Assembly: GCA_046351675.1 (NCBI GenBank)
Contig: JAXLYB010000002.1
Span: forward strand, 192,001 to 256,000
DNA from: Myxococcaceae bacterium
GTDB taxonomy: Bacteria; Myxococcota; Myxococcia; Myxococcales; Myxococcaceae
Length of the DNA: 64,000 nucleotides
Reading direction: 5' to 3'
Shown piece after piece: positions 9,521-17,589 of this stretch (position 1 is its first letter; each line of letters starts with the position of its first letter). The position numbers were made by a program, and so were the translations under genes. Under the pieces are notes generated by a model. That model worked only from the letters and a program-made list of their open reading frames with translations, was not told where the DNA came from and searched no databases.

Positions 9521-10307
9521 GGCTGGGCGGGCCGTAGGGCTGCACCTTCGTCACGGTCAGCGCGGGCAGTGGACCGCCCGCGAGCACCGCGCCCAGCACC
9601 TCCAGCTCCGACTGGTGCGAGGGGCCGACCATCAACATCGCGCGCCCGCCGGTGATGGCCGACTGCACCACGGGCGCCGACTGCACCTCGCCGTCGAGCT
9701 CGATGAGCAAGTGCTGGCCGAGGACCTTCTGCGTGAGCTTCGCGAAGTCGTCGGCGCTCGCCCGGTCGAAGGTGACGTTCAACGCCGGCTGGCCTTCCAC
9801 CACCTCGGCGGCGGTGATGCGCGGGGTGCGGCAGTCCTCGTCGGCGGCCCACGCGACGACGGTGCGGTCGGCTTGCGTTTCCCACGCGATGCCTCCGTCG
9901 GCCCAGGGCTGCAGCACCGCGAGCACCGCGTCTCGGGTCCGGCCCTGCACGCCGCACGACTCGTCGCCCAGCGCGCTGAGCCCATCGCGGCGGCCCAGCT
10001 CGCACCACGCCTTCGCGGTCTGCGTCGCTTCACGGCAGAAGCGCAGCTCGCCGCGGGTGGTCACCAGCTTCTTGATGAGCTCGAGGTCGGCGTCGGCTGC
10101 GACGCGAATCGAGAAGGTGTCGCCGTCTTCGCCGAGCTTCGCCTTGAGCTTCAGGTGCGCGAGGCGACGGTCGAGGGTCGCGCGCACTTCGTCGGTGCGG
10201 CCTTCGGGTTTGCTGATGATCAGCATCACGCCGCGCTCGGGGGGCGTGCGGGAAGGGCAGGCGGTGAGGAGTGAGGCGAAGAGAAGGAGCACCGGCGGGC
10301 GCGGCAT
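9510..10307 (-). CDS. lipoprotein with a SecD/SecF P1-head-like periplasmic domain (ATG at 10307 chosen; ORF-track start 10418 reads through a REP)
   Basis: MPRPPVLLLFASLLTAC lipobox. The C-terminal LIELDGEVQSAPVVQSAITGGRAML resembles the SecD periplasmic motif (LDGxVxSAPVIQxAIxGG). Confidence 0.6.
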   Translation of the reverse strand: MPRPPVLLLFASLLTACPSRTPPERGVMLIISKPEGRTDEVRATLDRRLAHLKLKAKLGEDGDTFSIRVAADADLELIKKLVTTRGELRFCREATQTAKAWCELGRRDGLSALGDESCGVQGRTRDAVLAVLQPWADGGIAWETQADRTVVAWAADEDCRTPRITAAEVVEGQPALNVTFDRASADDFAKLTQKVLGQHLLIELDGEVQSAPVVQSAITGGRAMLMVGPSHQSELEVLGAVLAGGPLPALTVTKVQPYGPPSLTR

Positions 10308-10330
10308 CGGTGTGGAGGCTAGCGCAACAT

Positions 10331-10370
10331 CTCCCTCTCCCCCCGAGGGGGAGAGGGTCGGGGTGAGGGG
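10331..10370. repeat. REP-like element copy
   Basis: ctccctctccccccgagggggagagggtcggggtgagggg. Confidence 0.8.
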
Positions 10371-10432
10371 AAACCCGGCTGCGACCCTTTGCTGGATCTC
10401 CGGCGTCGGTTGAGCCAAACGCTCCGCTCGCC

Positions 10433-11530
10433 GTGGTCCTTCGCACCGTCCTCATCCTCTGCCTCGTCGCTGCCCAGGGCTGCGCCACGCTCGGCGCCCA
10501 GACGCTCCCCGACGTGCAGGCCGCGTACAACGACAGCCTCGCCGTCACGCAGGACACGCAGTTCCTGCTCAACATCGTGCGCGCGCGCTACCGCGACACG
10601 CCCGCCTTCCTCGACGTCGCGAGCCTCACCACGCAGCAGACGATGCTCTCGACCGCCGGCCTCTCGGTCAGCGTGCCGCTGTCGCCGACCGCGGTGCCTC
10701 CCGGCGTGGGCGTGACGCCGGGCGCGACGCTCGGCGGCACGATGTCGGTCACGCCGACCACCACCTTCGCGCCGGTGCGCGGCGACGACTTCGTCAAGCG
10801 CCTGGTGACGCCGGTCTCGCTGCAGACGGTGGCGATGGTCGCGTCGTCGGGCTGGAGCATCGCGCGCGTGCTGCAGCTCACCGTCGACCGGCTCAACCGC
10901 ATCACCAACGCGCCGACCGCCACCGGCCCCACGCCCGACCTCTCGCCCGACGTCTCGCGCTTCATCTCGCTCACCCGGGCGCTGCGCGCGCTGCAGCTCG
11001 AAGAGCAGCTCACCATCGGCGCCACGCGCGACGAGAGCTCCGGAGACCAGGGCTACCTGTCGTTCACCTGCGACCCCGACGCGTCGCCGAACTTCGCCAC
11101 CGTGCGCGACCTGCTCGACCTGCCCGAGCGCACGCTGCGGCTGCGGCTCACCGAAGACCGCACGCGCGTCGACGGAGACACGCTGCGGCTCCACATGCGC
11201 TCGGTGCTCGGCGCCATCTTCTACCTGTCGCAGGGCGTCGAGGTGCCGCCCGAGCACGAGGCGCGCGGGCTGGTGACCATCACCCGCGACGCGCAGGGCA
11301 AGCGCTTCGACTGGCAGACCGTGCTCGACGGCAACTTCCGCGTGCACTTCAGCCGCGAGGAGCCGGCGAACGCCGCGGTGCGCGTGAAGCACCGCGACAC
11401 GTGGTTCTTCATCGCCGACGACGACCTCGAGTCGAAGACGACGTTCATGCTGCTCATTCAGCTGTTCAACATGCAGGCCGGCCGCAACGCGCTGCCCGTG
11501 CCGCTGCTCACCATTCCCGCGGGGCGCTGA
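10433..11530 (+). CDS. hypothetical lipoprotein
   Basis: Signal plus lipobox LILCLVAAQGC, 365 aa, with high GC3 throughout. Confidence 0.65.
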   Translation: MVLRTVLILCLVAAQGCATLGAQTLPDVQAAYNDSLAVTQDTQFLLNIVRARYRDTPAFLDVASLTTQQTMLSTAGLSVSVPLSPTAVPPGVGVTPGATLGGTMSVTPTTTFAPVRGDDFVKRLVTPVSLQTVAMVASSGWSIARVLQLTVDRLNRITNAPTATGPTPDLSPDVSRFISLTRALRALQLEEQLTIGATRDESSGDQGYLSFTCDPDASPNFATVRDLLDLPERTLRLRLTEDRTRVDGDTLRLHMRSVLGAIFYLSQGVEVPPEHEARGLVTITRDAQGKRFDWQTVLDGNFRVHFSREEPANAAVRVKHRDTWFFIADDDLESKTTFMLLIQLFNMQAGRNALPVPLLTIPAGR

Positions 11531-11531
11531 C

Positions 11532-12662
11532 GTGGCGCGAATTCCCATGGGCTCGCGCTACACCGCCACGCTCGAGGCGACGCGCGGGGTGCCGTTCACC
11601 TGCCGCTCGTGCGCCTTCCGCGGCGTCGCGGTGGTGCGCGCGAAGGGGGTGGGCGAGGCGTCGGCTCCGCTCTGGATCGGCACCGGCGCCGCGAAGGACC
11701 GTGCTCGCACGGACGCGGAGAAGGACCTCCGGCGCAAGGCCGAGATCCTCGCGGCGGCCGGCACGTGCCCGAAGTGCAGCAAGGCGTGGCGCGATGACCT
11801 CCACGCCGAGCGTTCCAGCGCGCAGGTGTTCGCCGTGCTCATCGCGATGGGCGGCACCGCGCTCCTCGCGTTCACGGTGCGCCGCTTCGACCCGATGCTC
11901 GGGTTCCTCATCTCGGCGGCGATTGCGGGGCTGCACTACAGCTCGAAGTCGTGGCTCTGGAGCGAGGTCGACCGGCGCGTCAGCGTGGTGACCGAGGCCG
12001 ACGCGCGCAAGTTGCTCGACACCGAAGCGCGCGCCGCTCTCGAGGCGAGCGCCGCCGCGGCAGAGGCAGAGTCGAGGCCGCTCCCGCCGCCCGCGACCAA
12101 CTGCGTGCTCTGCCCGCTGTGGAAGAGCGGCTACCAGGACGTCGTCAGCAAGCCGCTCCACGGCAAGCTCCGGCTGGGCCTGTTGGCCATCGAAGGCGAC
12201 GAGGGCACGTGGATCGAGGCGTCTGACCTGACCATGGAGCCCGAGGTGGCGCTCGAGATTGCGCGCCGTGGGCTCGCGGCGCGGTCGAGCAAGCCGTTGC
12301 GCGAGGTGCAGCCCGGCGTGTGGAAGGCCGAATGGGACGACTGGTTCGCCGCGGCCCGCATCGCCGTGCCCGAGCTCTTCGCGTCGCTGAAGGTCGACGG
12401 CGCGCCCATCGCGTTCACGCCCTCGGAGAACACGCTCTTCATCGCGGGCGAGAACGACCGCGCCGGCCTCGAGCTCGCGACGAAGCTCGCCTGCACGCAC
12501 GCGCGCGAAGTCATCACCGGCAAGACCGTCGCCGGCGCGTTCACCGCGCGCCCGTGGAAGCTCGACGGCGAGCACTTCGCGCCGTGGTACCCGTCGGCCG
12601 ACTCCGAGCCGCTGCTCAAGCAGCTCGAAGAGGTCGTTGGCGACAAGGGCTTCCGCCCCTAG
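11532..12662 (+). CDS. hypothetical membrane protein with N-terminal CxxC...CxxC zinc ribbon
   Basis: CRSC...CPKC, then two TM helices and a soluble C-terminal domain. The start abuts the previous stop. Confidence 0.55.
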   Translation: MARIPMGSRYTATLEATRGVPFTCRSCAFRGVAVVRAKGVGEASAPLWIGTGAAKDRARTDAEKDLRRKAEILAAAGTCPKCSKAWRDDLHAERSSAQVFAVLIAMGGTALLAFTVRRFDPMLGFLISAAIAGLHYSSKSWLWSEVDRRVSVVTEADARKLLDTEARAALEASAAAAEAESRPLPPPATNCVLCPLWKSGYQDVVSKPLHGKLRLGLLAIEGDEGTWIEASDLTMEPEVALEIARRGLAARSSKPLREVQPGVWKAEWDDWFAAARIAVPELFASLKVDGAPIAFTPSENTLFIAGENDRAGLELATKLACTHAREVITGKTVAGAFTARPWKLDGEHFAPWYPSADSEPLLKQLEEVVGDKGFRP

Positions 12663-12663
12663 C

Positions 12664-12704
12664 TCCCTCTCCCTGCGAAGCGGGGAGAGGGCCGGGGTGA
12701 GGGG
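12664..12704. repeat. REP-like element copy
   Basis: ctccctctccctgcgaagcggggagagggccggggtgagggg. Confidence 0.8.
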
Positions 12705-12719
12705 CCGTACACGCGCCGC

Positions 12720-15671
12720 TCAACGCTTGATGACGCCCTCGAGGTCGACCAACCGCACCCCGCGCGGCGACTTCGGAAACGACGGCACGTAATCCGTCGG
12801 CCGGCAGGTGATGACGAGCACCTGCGTCTGCGCCGCCGCCTCGGCCAGCGCATCGCGAAACCACGACAGCCGCGCAGCGTCGGAGTGCACCAGGTGGTCA
12901 TCGAGCACCACCGGCAGCTTGAGCTGCGTCGCCAGCGCGAGCCGCACCACCGTCGCCAGCTGGTCCTTCGTGCCCACCGACAAGAAGTCGAGCGCGTCGT
13001 CGCGCACCTCCTCGCCGACCTGCACGTTGCGCGGAGTCAGCGACTCGTCGAACGAGACGGCGCCGTACCGCCCGCGCGTCAGCTCGGCGAAGGCCTTCGA
13101 GACCGGCCCGCTCAGCGCCCGGCCGAGGTCGGCGCTCACCTCGCGGTCGGCGGCCTTGAGCTCCTCGAGCAGCAGCTTCCACCCGTCGGCGACCTCGGCG
13201 AGCCGCGCTTCCGCCGCGCGCGCACGCTCGAGCGCGAAGGTGGTCTCGCTCACCGCGTCCTCGGCGGCCGCGAGCCCGCCGCGCTCCAGCCCGCCGAGCG
13301 CCGCGCCCAGCGCCTGCGTGTCGCGGTCGACCTCGGCGCGCGCGGCCTTCACCGCGGCCTGCAACCTCGAGAGGTCCACCGGGGGCGCGACCGCCTGGGG
13401 CGCCAGCTGCTCGCGCACCTCGCGCAGCGCGCCCTCGAGCGACGCCACCTCGGCCTGCCCACTGCGCAGGGCCTGATCAGCACGCTCGAGCGCGGCCGAC
13501 GCCTCGCGCAGCGCATCCTTCGCCGCCTTCGCGTCTCCCACCGACGCGCCGCGCGCCGCCGGAGCCGCCGCGCCCTGCAACCGCGCCTGCGTCTGCGCCA
13601 GCTGCTCGTCGAGCGCCTCGAGCGCGCGGGCCAGCGTCGCCTCGTCTTGCGCCACGGCCTTCGCCGCCGGCCCGAGCTCGGTGAGCTGGTGCGTGAGCAG
13701 CGCCGCCTCGCCCTCGAGCTTCGCGACGCGCGCCGACGTCTCGTCGAGCGCCTTCGTCGACGTCTCGTGCTGCGCGCTGGTCGCCGATTCCCAGTTGGGG
13801 CCCAGGTCGTTCCACGCCTTCTCGAGCAACTCGAGCGGGAGGCCGCCGATGCGCGCGCGCCGCTTCTCCACTTCCTCGGCGCTCGGCACGGCGCCCTTCG
13901 GCCCGCCCGCGCGGAGCTGCGCGCGCACGGCCTGCAGCTTCGCGTTGAGCTCGGCGACGGCGGCGAGGCGCGATTCCAGCTCGTCGAGCGTGCGCAGGCC
14001 AACGGCCTCGAGCTGCTTGAGCCCTTCCTGCTTCCACCGGCGCTTCAGGTGGTCGACGTCAGCGCGCTTCTCGGGCGCGCCGGCCATCACCTCGAGGTCG
14101 AACTGGTCGCCGACCTGCACCGTCGCGCGCCGCTCGGCGTCGAGCACCTCTTCCTTGCGCGTCACCTTCTCGCTCGCCGGGCCATCGTCGGTCGTGGTGC
14201 GCAGCCGCAGGTCTGACCGCGGGCGAATGGTGAGCGTGAAGCCACCGCCCAGCGCCGCCTCGGCCAGCTCGAGCTGCTTCTTGAGCGAACGGAGCTCGGT
14301 GACCGCGCGCTCCGACGGCACGGGCAGCGCCTCGAGCTCGGCGGCGAGCCGTTGCTCGGTCGAGCGGTCCGCGTCCCCCCCGCCGGACTTCGAGCCCTCG
14401 CGCGCGTCGCGGGCCGAGCGCCACTGGCCGTACGCGATGATGGCGGTGGTGAGGGCGACCTCCTCGCGCAGCGTCGCGAGCTGCTGGCGCGCGGCGGCGA
14501 GCTGCGGAGCCAGGCGCTGCTGCGCGGCCGACACCTCGGTGACGCGCGCGCGCGCCTTGTTCGCGGCGCGGGCCTGCTCGAGCTTGCCCTCGAGCTGCGC
14601 GCGCTTGAGCTGCTGGCCGGCGAGCATCTCCTGCAGCTCGGCGCGGAGGAGCGCCGCCTTCGCCTCACCCTTCTCCGCGGTGGCGTCACGCGCGGCGCGT
14701 TCGAGCTCGGTCGACTTCGCCGCGGCGACGTCGTGCGCGCGGCGGGCCTGTTCGTGCGCCGCCTGGAGTTGTTGCGCCTTCTCGCGCGCGGCCGCGAGCT
14801 GGCGCTCGAGCGCGGTGCGCTTGCCGACGAGCGCCTGGAGGGCTTCTTGCGCGCGGCGCGCCGCGGCCTGCTGCGTCTCGGCGGCGAGCGCGGCGGCGCC
14901 GGCCTGGTCGAGCTTCGCCCTCGAGCTGGCGAGCACCGACTCGAGCGCGGGGATGCGGGAGGCGAGCTGCGTCAGCTCGGCGAGGCGGTGGCGCTCTTGC
15001 TCGAGCTGCGAGGTGAGCCGTTCGACGTCGGCGGCCGCGCGCGCGAGCGCCGAGCCCTTGCCGCCCTTGCGCTTGCCGGTGGCGGTGAAGGCCCTGGCGA
15101 CCTCCTTCTCGGCGCGGGCGACGAGCTTCGCCACGCGGGCGTCGCGGCCGAGCGAGGCGAGCACCTCCGACAGGCGCGCCTGGCCGCTGTCGTCGCCGTC
15201 TTCGTCGAGGCGGGTGCGCAGCACGGACTCGACGTCGCTCTGCGCCGGGAAGAGCGCCTCGAGGAGAAAGCTCGCCGGGGTGCCGCGGACGGTGGCGGGC
15301 ACGCCGAGCGAGAGGAGCGCCTTGATGCGCTCGTCGGCCTTCTTGCCGCTCGCGGCCGCGCGCCAGTTCGCGCCGTCGCTCGACTGCTCGAGGGCCAGGT
15401 CGCTGCTGGTGAAGGTGCGCGAGACGCGCCACCAGTCATCGCCATCGCGGAAGGTGACGCGCACCCACGGCGCGGCGTCGCGGCCCCACGGCACGAGCGT
15501 CTCGGCGAGGCTCGACGTGCCGGGCAGCACCAGCGCCGAGCGAAGCGCGAAGGCGAGCGTCGACTTGCCGAGGTCGTTCGGCCCGTGGAGCACGTTGAGG
15601 CCGGGCGTGAGCGCGAGGTCGACCTCCCGCACCGCGCGCACGTCCTTCACCTCGAGGCGAACGAAGTGCAC
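12720..15671 (-). CDS. SbcC/Rad50-like AAA family ATPase (GTG at 15671 chosen; ORF-track start 15959 reads through a REP and 63-bp repeats)
   Basis: Walker A LNVLHGPNDLGKSTLAFAL follows VHFVRLEVKDVRAV. A long Ala/Glu/Arg coiled-coil follows. The C-terminus has LPVVLDDHLVHSD (Walker B/D-loop). Confidence 0.8.
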   Translation of the reverse strand: MHFVRLEVKDVRAVREVDLALTPGLNVLHGPNDLGKSTLAFALRSALVLPGTSSLAETLVPWGRDAAPWVRVTFRDGDDWWRVSRTFTSSDLALEQSSDGANWRAAASGKKADERIKALLSLGVPATVRGTPASFLLEALFPAQSDVESVLRTRLDEDGDDSGQARLSEVLASLGRDARVAKLVARAEKEVARAFTATGKRKGGKGSALARAAADVERLTSQLEQERHRLAELTQLASRIPALESVLASSRAKLDQAGAAALAAETQQAAARRAQEALQALVGKRTALERQLAAAREKAQQLQAAHEQARRAHDVAAAKSTELERAARDATAEKGEAKAALLRAELQEMLAGQQLKRAQLEGKLEQARAANKARARVTEVSAAQQRLAPQLAAARQQLATLREEVALTTAIIAYGQWRSARDAREGSKSGGGDADRSTEQRLAAELEALPVPSERAVTELRSLKKQLELAEAALGGGFTLTIRPRSDLRLRTTTDDGPASEKVTRKEEVLDAERRATVQVGDQFDLEVMAGAPEKRADVDHLKRRWKQEGLKQLEAVGLRTLDELESRLAAVAELNAKLQAVRAQLRAGGPKGAVPSAEEVEKRRARIGGLPLELLEKAWNDLGPNWESATSAQHETSTKALDETSARVAKLEGEAALLTHQLTELGPAAKAVAQDEATLARALEALDEQLAQTQARLQGAAAPAARGASVGDAKAAKDALREASAALERADQALRSGQAEVASLEGALREVREQLAPQAVAPPVDLSRLQAAVKAARAEVDRDTQALGAALGGLERGGLAAAEDAVSETTFALERARAAEARLAEVADGWKLLLEELKAADREVSADLGRALSGPVSKAFAELTRGRYGAVSFDESLTPRNVQVGEEVRDDALDFLSVGTKDQLATVVRLALATQLKLPVVLDDHLVHSDAARLSWFRDALAEAAAQTQVLVITCRPTDYVPSFPKSPRGVRLVDLEGVIKR

Positions 15672-15680
15672 CGTCACCCC

Positions 15681-15719
15681 CTCCCCCTCTCCCCGTGGGG
15701 AGAGGGTCGGGGTGAGGGG
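15681..15719. repeat. REP-like element copy in the sbcD-sbcC-like intergenic region
   Basis: ctccccctctccccgtggggagagggtcggggtgagggg. Confidence 0.8.
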
Positions 15720-15857
15720 AGACGCACCACCGAGCAACGGAACGACGCCCGCGCCGCGAAGGGAACTCGTCCGCGCGAGAGGAAACGCACTACCGACCGA
15801 CGGCACGACGCCCCCGCCACGAAGGAAACTCGTTCGCGCGACGGGAGACGCACCCGC
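15719..15857. repeat. 63-bp tandem direct repeat, about 2.2 copies
   Basis: gagacgcaccaccgagcaacggaacgacgcccgcgccgcgaagggaactcgtccgcgcgagag is repeated as gaaacgcactaccgaccgacggcacgacgcccccgccacgaaggaaactcgttcgcgcgacgg, then a partial third unit. Confidence 0.7.
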
Positions 15858-15858
15858 A

Positions 15859-16881
15859 TCACCCCTCCCCCGCCAGCATCGCGAGCGCCCGCCGCGCCGC
15901 CGGCTCATCCCGCTCCGCCAACCGCTTGCCCGCGAGCGCGAGCGCCGCCGGCCCATCACCCGTCTCGAGCCCGCGCACCTCGAGGCTGAGCTGCCTCGTG
16001 TCGAGCTCCATCACCAACGCCTCGTCCTCCTCGAGGTCGTCGAGCTCCTGCTGAAACGCAGCGTGCTCCGAGAGCGCAACGCGCGCATTCACCACCACCC
16101 GCAGCACCCGGCTGCCGAGGTCCTTCCGCTGCCCCAGCTGCCGCAGCGACGCGAGCGACCCCACCATCACCTCTTCCCACCGCAGCACGGCCGACTCGCG
16201 CGGCTCGACGAGCAGCTTGCCCTTCGCCCCGAAGCGCAAGAGCGCGACGCGGCCCTCGCCAGGCGCAAAGTCCATCGGCTCTGGAGTGCCGCTGTGCACC
16301 AGCGCGCGATCGTCCCACGCGAAGCCCTGCGCCGGCTCCCCGCCCAGACACCACGCGTCGAGGCCCGCGGCCGCCAGCGCCTCACGCGAGAGCAAGCGCG
16401 CACGGTGCACCACGCCCACCTGCGGGCCCTCACCTTCCGGCGTGGCCGTGACCTCGCGCACGCCGACGCGCGTGGTGGCGGGGAACAGGTGCAGCGTCAG
16501 CTCGTCGCGCACGCGCACGGTGCGCGGCTCGGTGACGACGTGCACGAACGCCGGCAACGCAGCTCGAAAGTCGGCGTCGGTCCACACCGAGCCCTCGAGC
16601 GCCGGGTCGCGGTCACCGGGCACGAGGAAGACCGGCCGGTCCTTCCACTTCAGCGCACCGAGCCGCTCGAGCACGGCCTGGCGGAGCGCGGGCGCGGGGT
16701 GCGGCGAGTCGAAGAGGTCGCCCACGCAGACCACCGCCGCGGCGTCGACCTCGGCGGCGAGCGCCAGCACGTTCTCGACCGCGGTGAGGCGGGCCGCGTC
16801 GAGACGCGGGGCGGCCTCGGGCGCGAAGCGAGCGAAGGGGCGGCCCAACCGCCAGTCAGACGTGTGCAGGAGCGTGAGCAC
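15859..16881 (-). CDS. SbcD/Mre11-like metallophosphoesterase (nuclease subunit)
   Basis: N-terminal LLHTSDWRLG and GDLFD phosphoesterase motifs. Lies immediately upstream of the SbcC-like gene on the same strand. Confidence 0.8.
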   Translation of the reverse strand: MLTLLHTSDWRLGRPFARFAPEAAPRLDAARLTAVENVLALAAEVDAAAVVCVGDLFDSPHPAPALRQAVLERLGALKWKDRPVFLVPGDRDPALEGSVWTDADFRAALPAFVHVVTEPRTVRVRDELTLHLFPATTRVGVREVTATPEGEGPQVGVVHRARLLSREALAAAGLDAWCLGGEPAQGFAWDDRALVHSGTPEPMDFAPGEGRVALLRFGAKGKLLVEPRESAVLRWEEVMVGSLASLRQLGQRKDLGSRVLRVVVNARVALSEHAAFQQELDDLEEDEALVMELDTRQLSLEVRGLETGDGPAALALAGKRLAERDEPAARRALAMLAGEG

Positions 16882-16979
16882 GGGAAATTCGAAGCCGAAA
16901 GTCGCGCGGAAATTACCCCTGAAACGTCAACGCGCGTTGCAGTTCTCTCACACACGGAGGGTGCGGGCAGGTCGGACAA

Positions 16980-17546
16980 TTGGGCATGGCTCCGGCGCTG
17001 GCTCAGAGGGTGGTGGTGGCGACGCAGGCGTGGTGGCGCCAGGTGCGTCCGCGGCCTGACGCGACGTCGGGCGCGCGCCGGCTGGTCGGCGAGCTGCAAC
17101 AGGGCTCGTCGCTGGGCGAGGCGCTGACCGAGGCGGCTGATCAGCTCGCGCGGGTGGCGGTGAGCGAGGCCGCGAAGAGCTTCGAGGGCGGCGTGCTGGC
17201 CCTCTTCATCGTCGACGTGCGCGACTCGCTGCGGCGGCAGCTCTCGCAGGCGGGCGGGCTGTCGCAGGACGCGGTGATGCGCGGCGCGCTGGAGCTCGCC
17301 TCGCGGCGCGTCGATGAAGACACCTTCGTGCAACACCTGATCAACGCGCTGCTCGAGGCGACCGGCATCTACGTGGAGTCGATGCTGGTCGAGCGCCTCG
17401 ACGAGGCGAAGTGCGAGCGCGCGGTGTCGGCGTTGTTCCAGCGTTCGTTGTGCACCCTGGTGGGGCGCAGTGATGCGGCCCGTCGGCTGGGTCAGCGGCC
17501 GTCGCGGCTCGAGTTCATCGTGCCGTCGCCGTCGGCGCCGCGGTGA
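16980..17546 (+). CDS. hypothetical protein
   Basis: 188-aa ORF with high GC3 and globular composition. No antisense gene overlaps, and it fills an otherwise 700-bp gap. Confidence 0.4.
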   Translation: MGMAPALAQRVVVATQAWWRQVRPRPDATSGARRLVGELQQGSSLGEALTEAADQLARVAVSEAAKSFEGGVLALFIVDVRDSLRRQLSQAGGLSQDAVMRGALELASRRVDEDTFVQHLINALLEATGIYVESMLVERLDEAKCERAVSALFQRSLCTLVGRSDAARRLGQRPSRLEFIVPSPSAPR

Positions 17547-17552
17547 CTCGTC

Positions 17553-17581
17553 TCCCTCTCCCCCCGAGGAGGAGAGGGAGA
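17553..17581. repeat. truncated REP-like element (stem-loop only)
   Basis: ctccctctccccccgaggaggagaggga. Confidence 0.6.
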
Positions 17582-17589
17582 TCAGGGGG

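Noticed and set aside
13681-17127. 1148-aa + strand ORF (and other 300-550-aa ORFs at 12885-16354)
   Set aside because: Antisense to the SbcC/SbcD-like genes, whose frames show Walker A/B and phosphoesterase motifs. These are Ser/Ala/Arg-rich artefacts.
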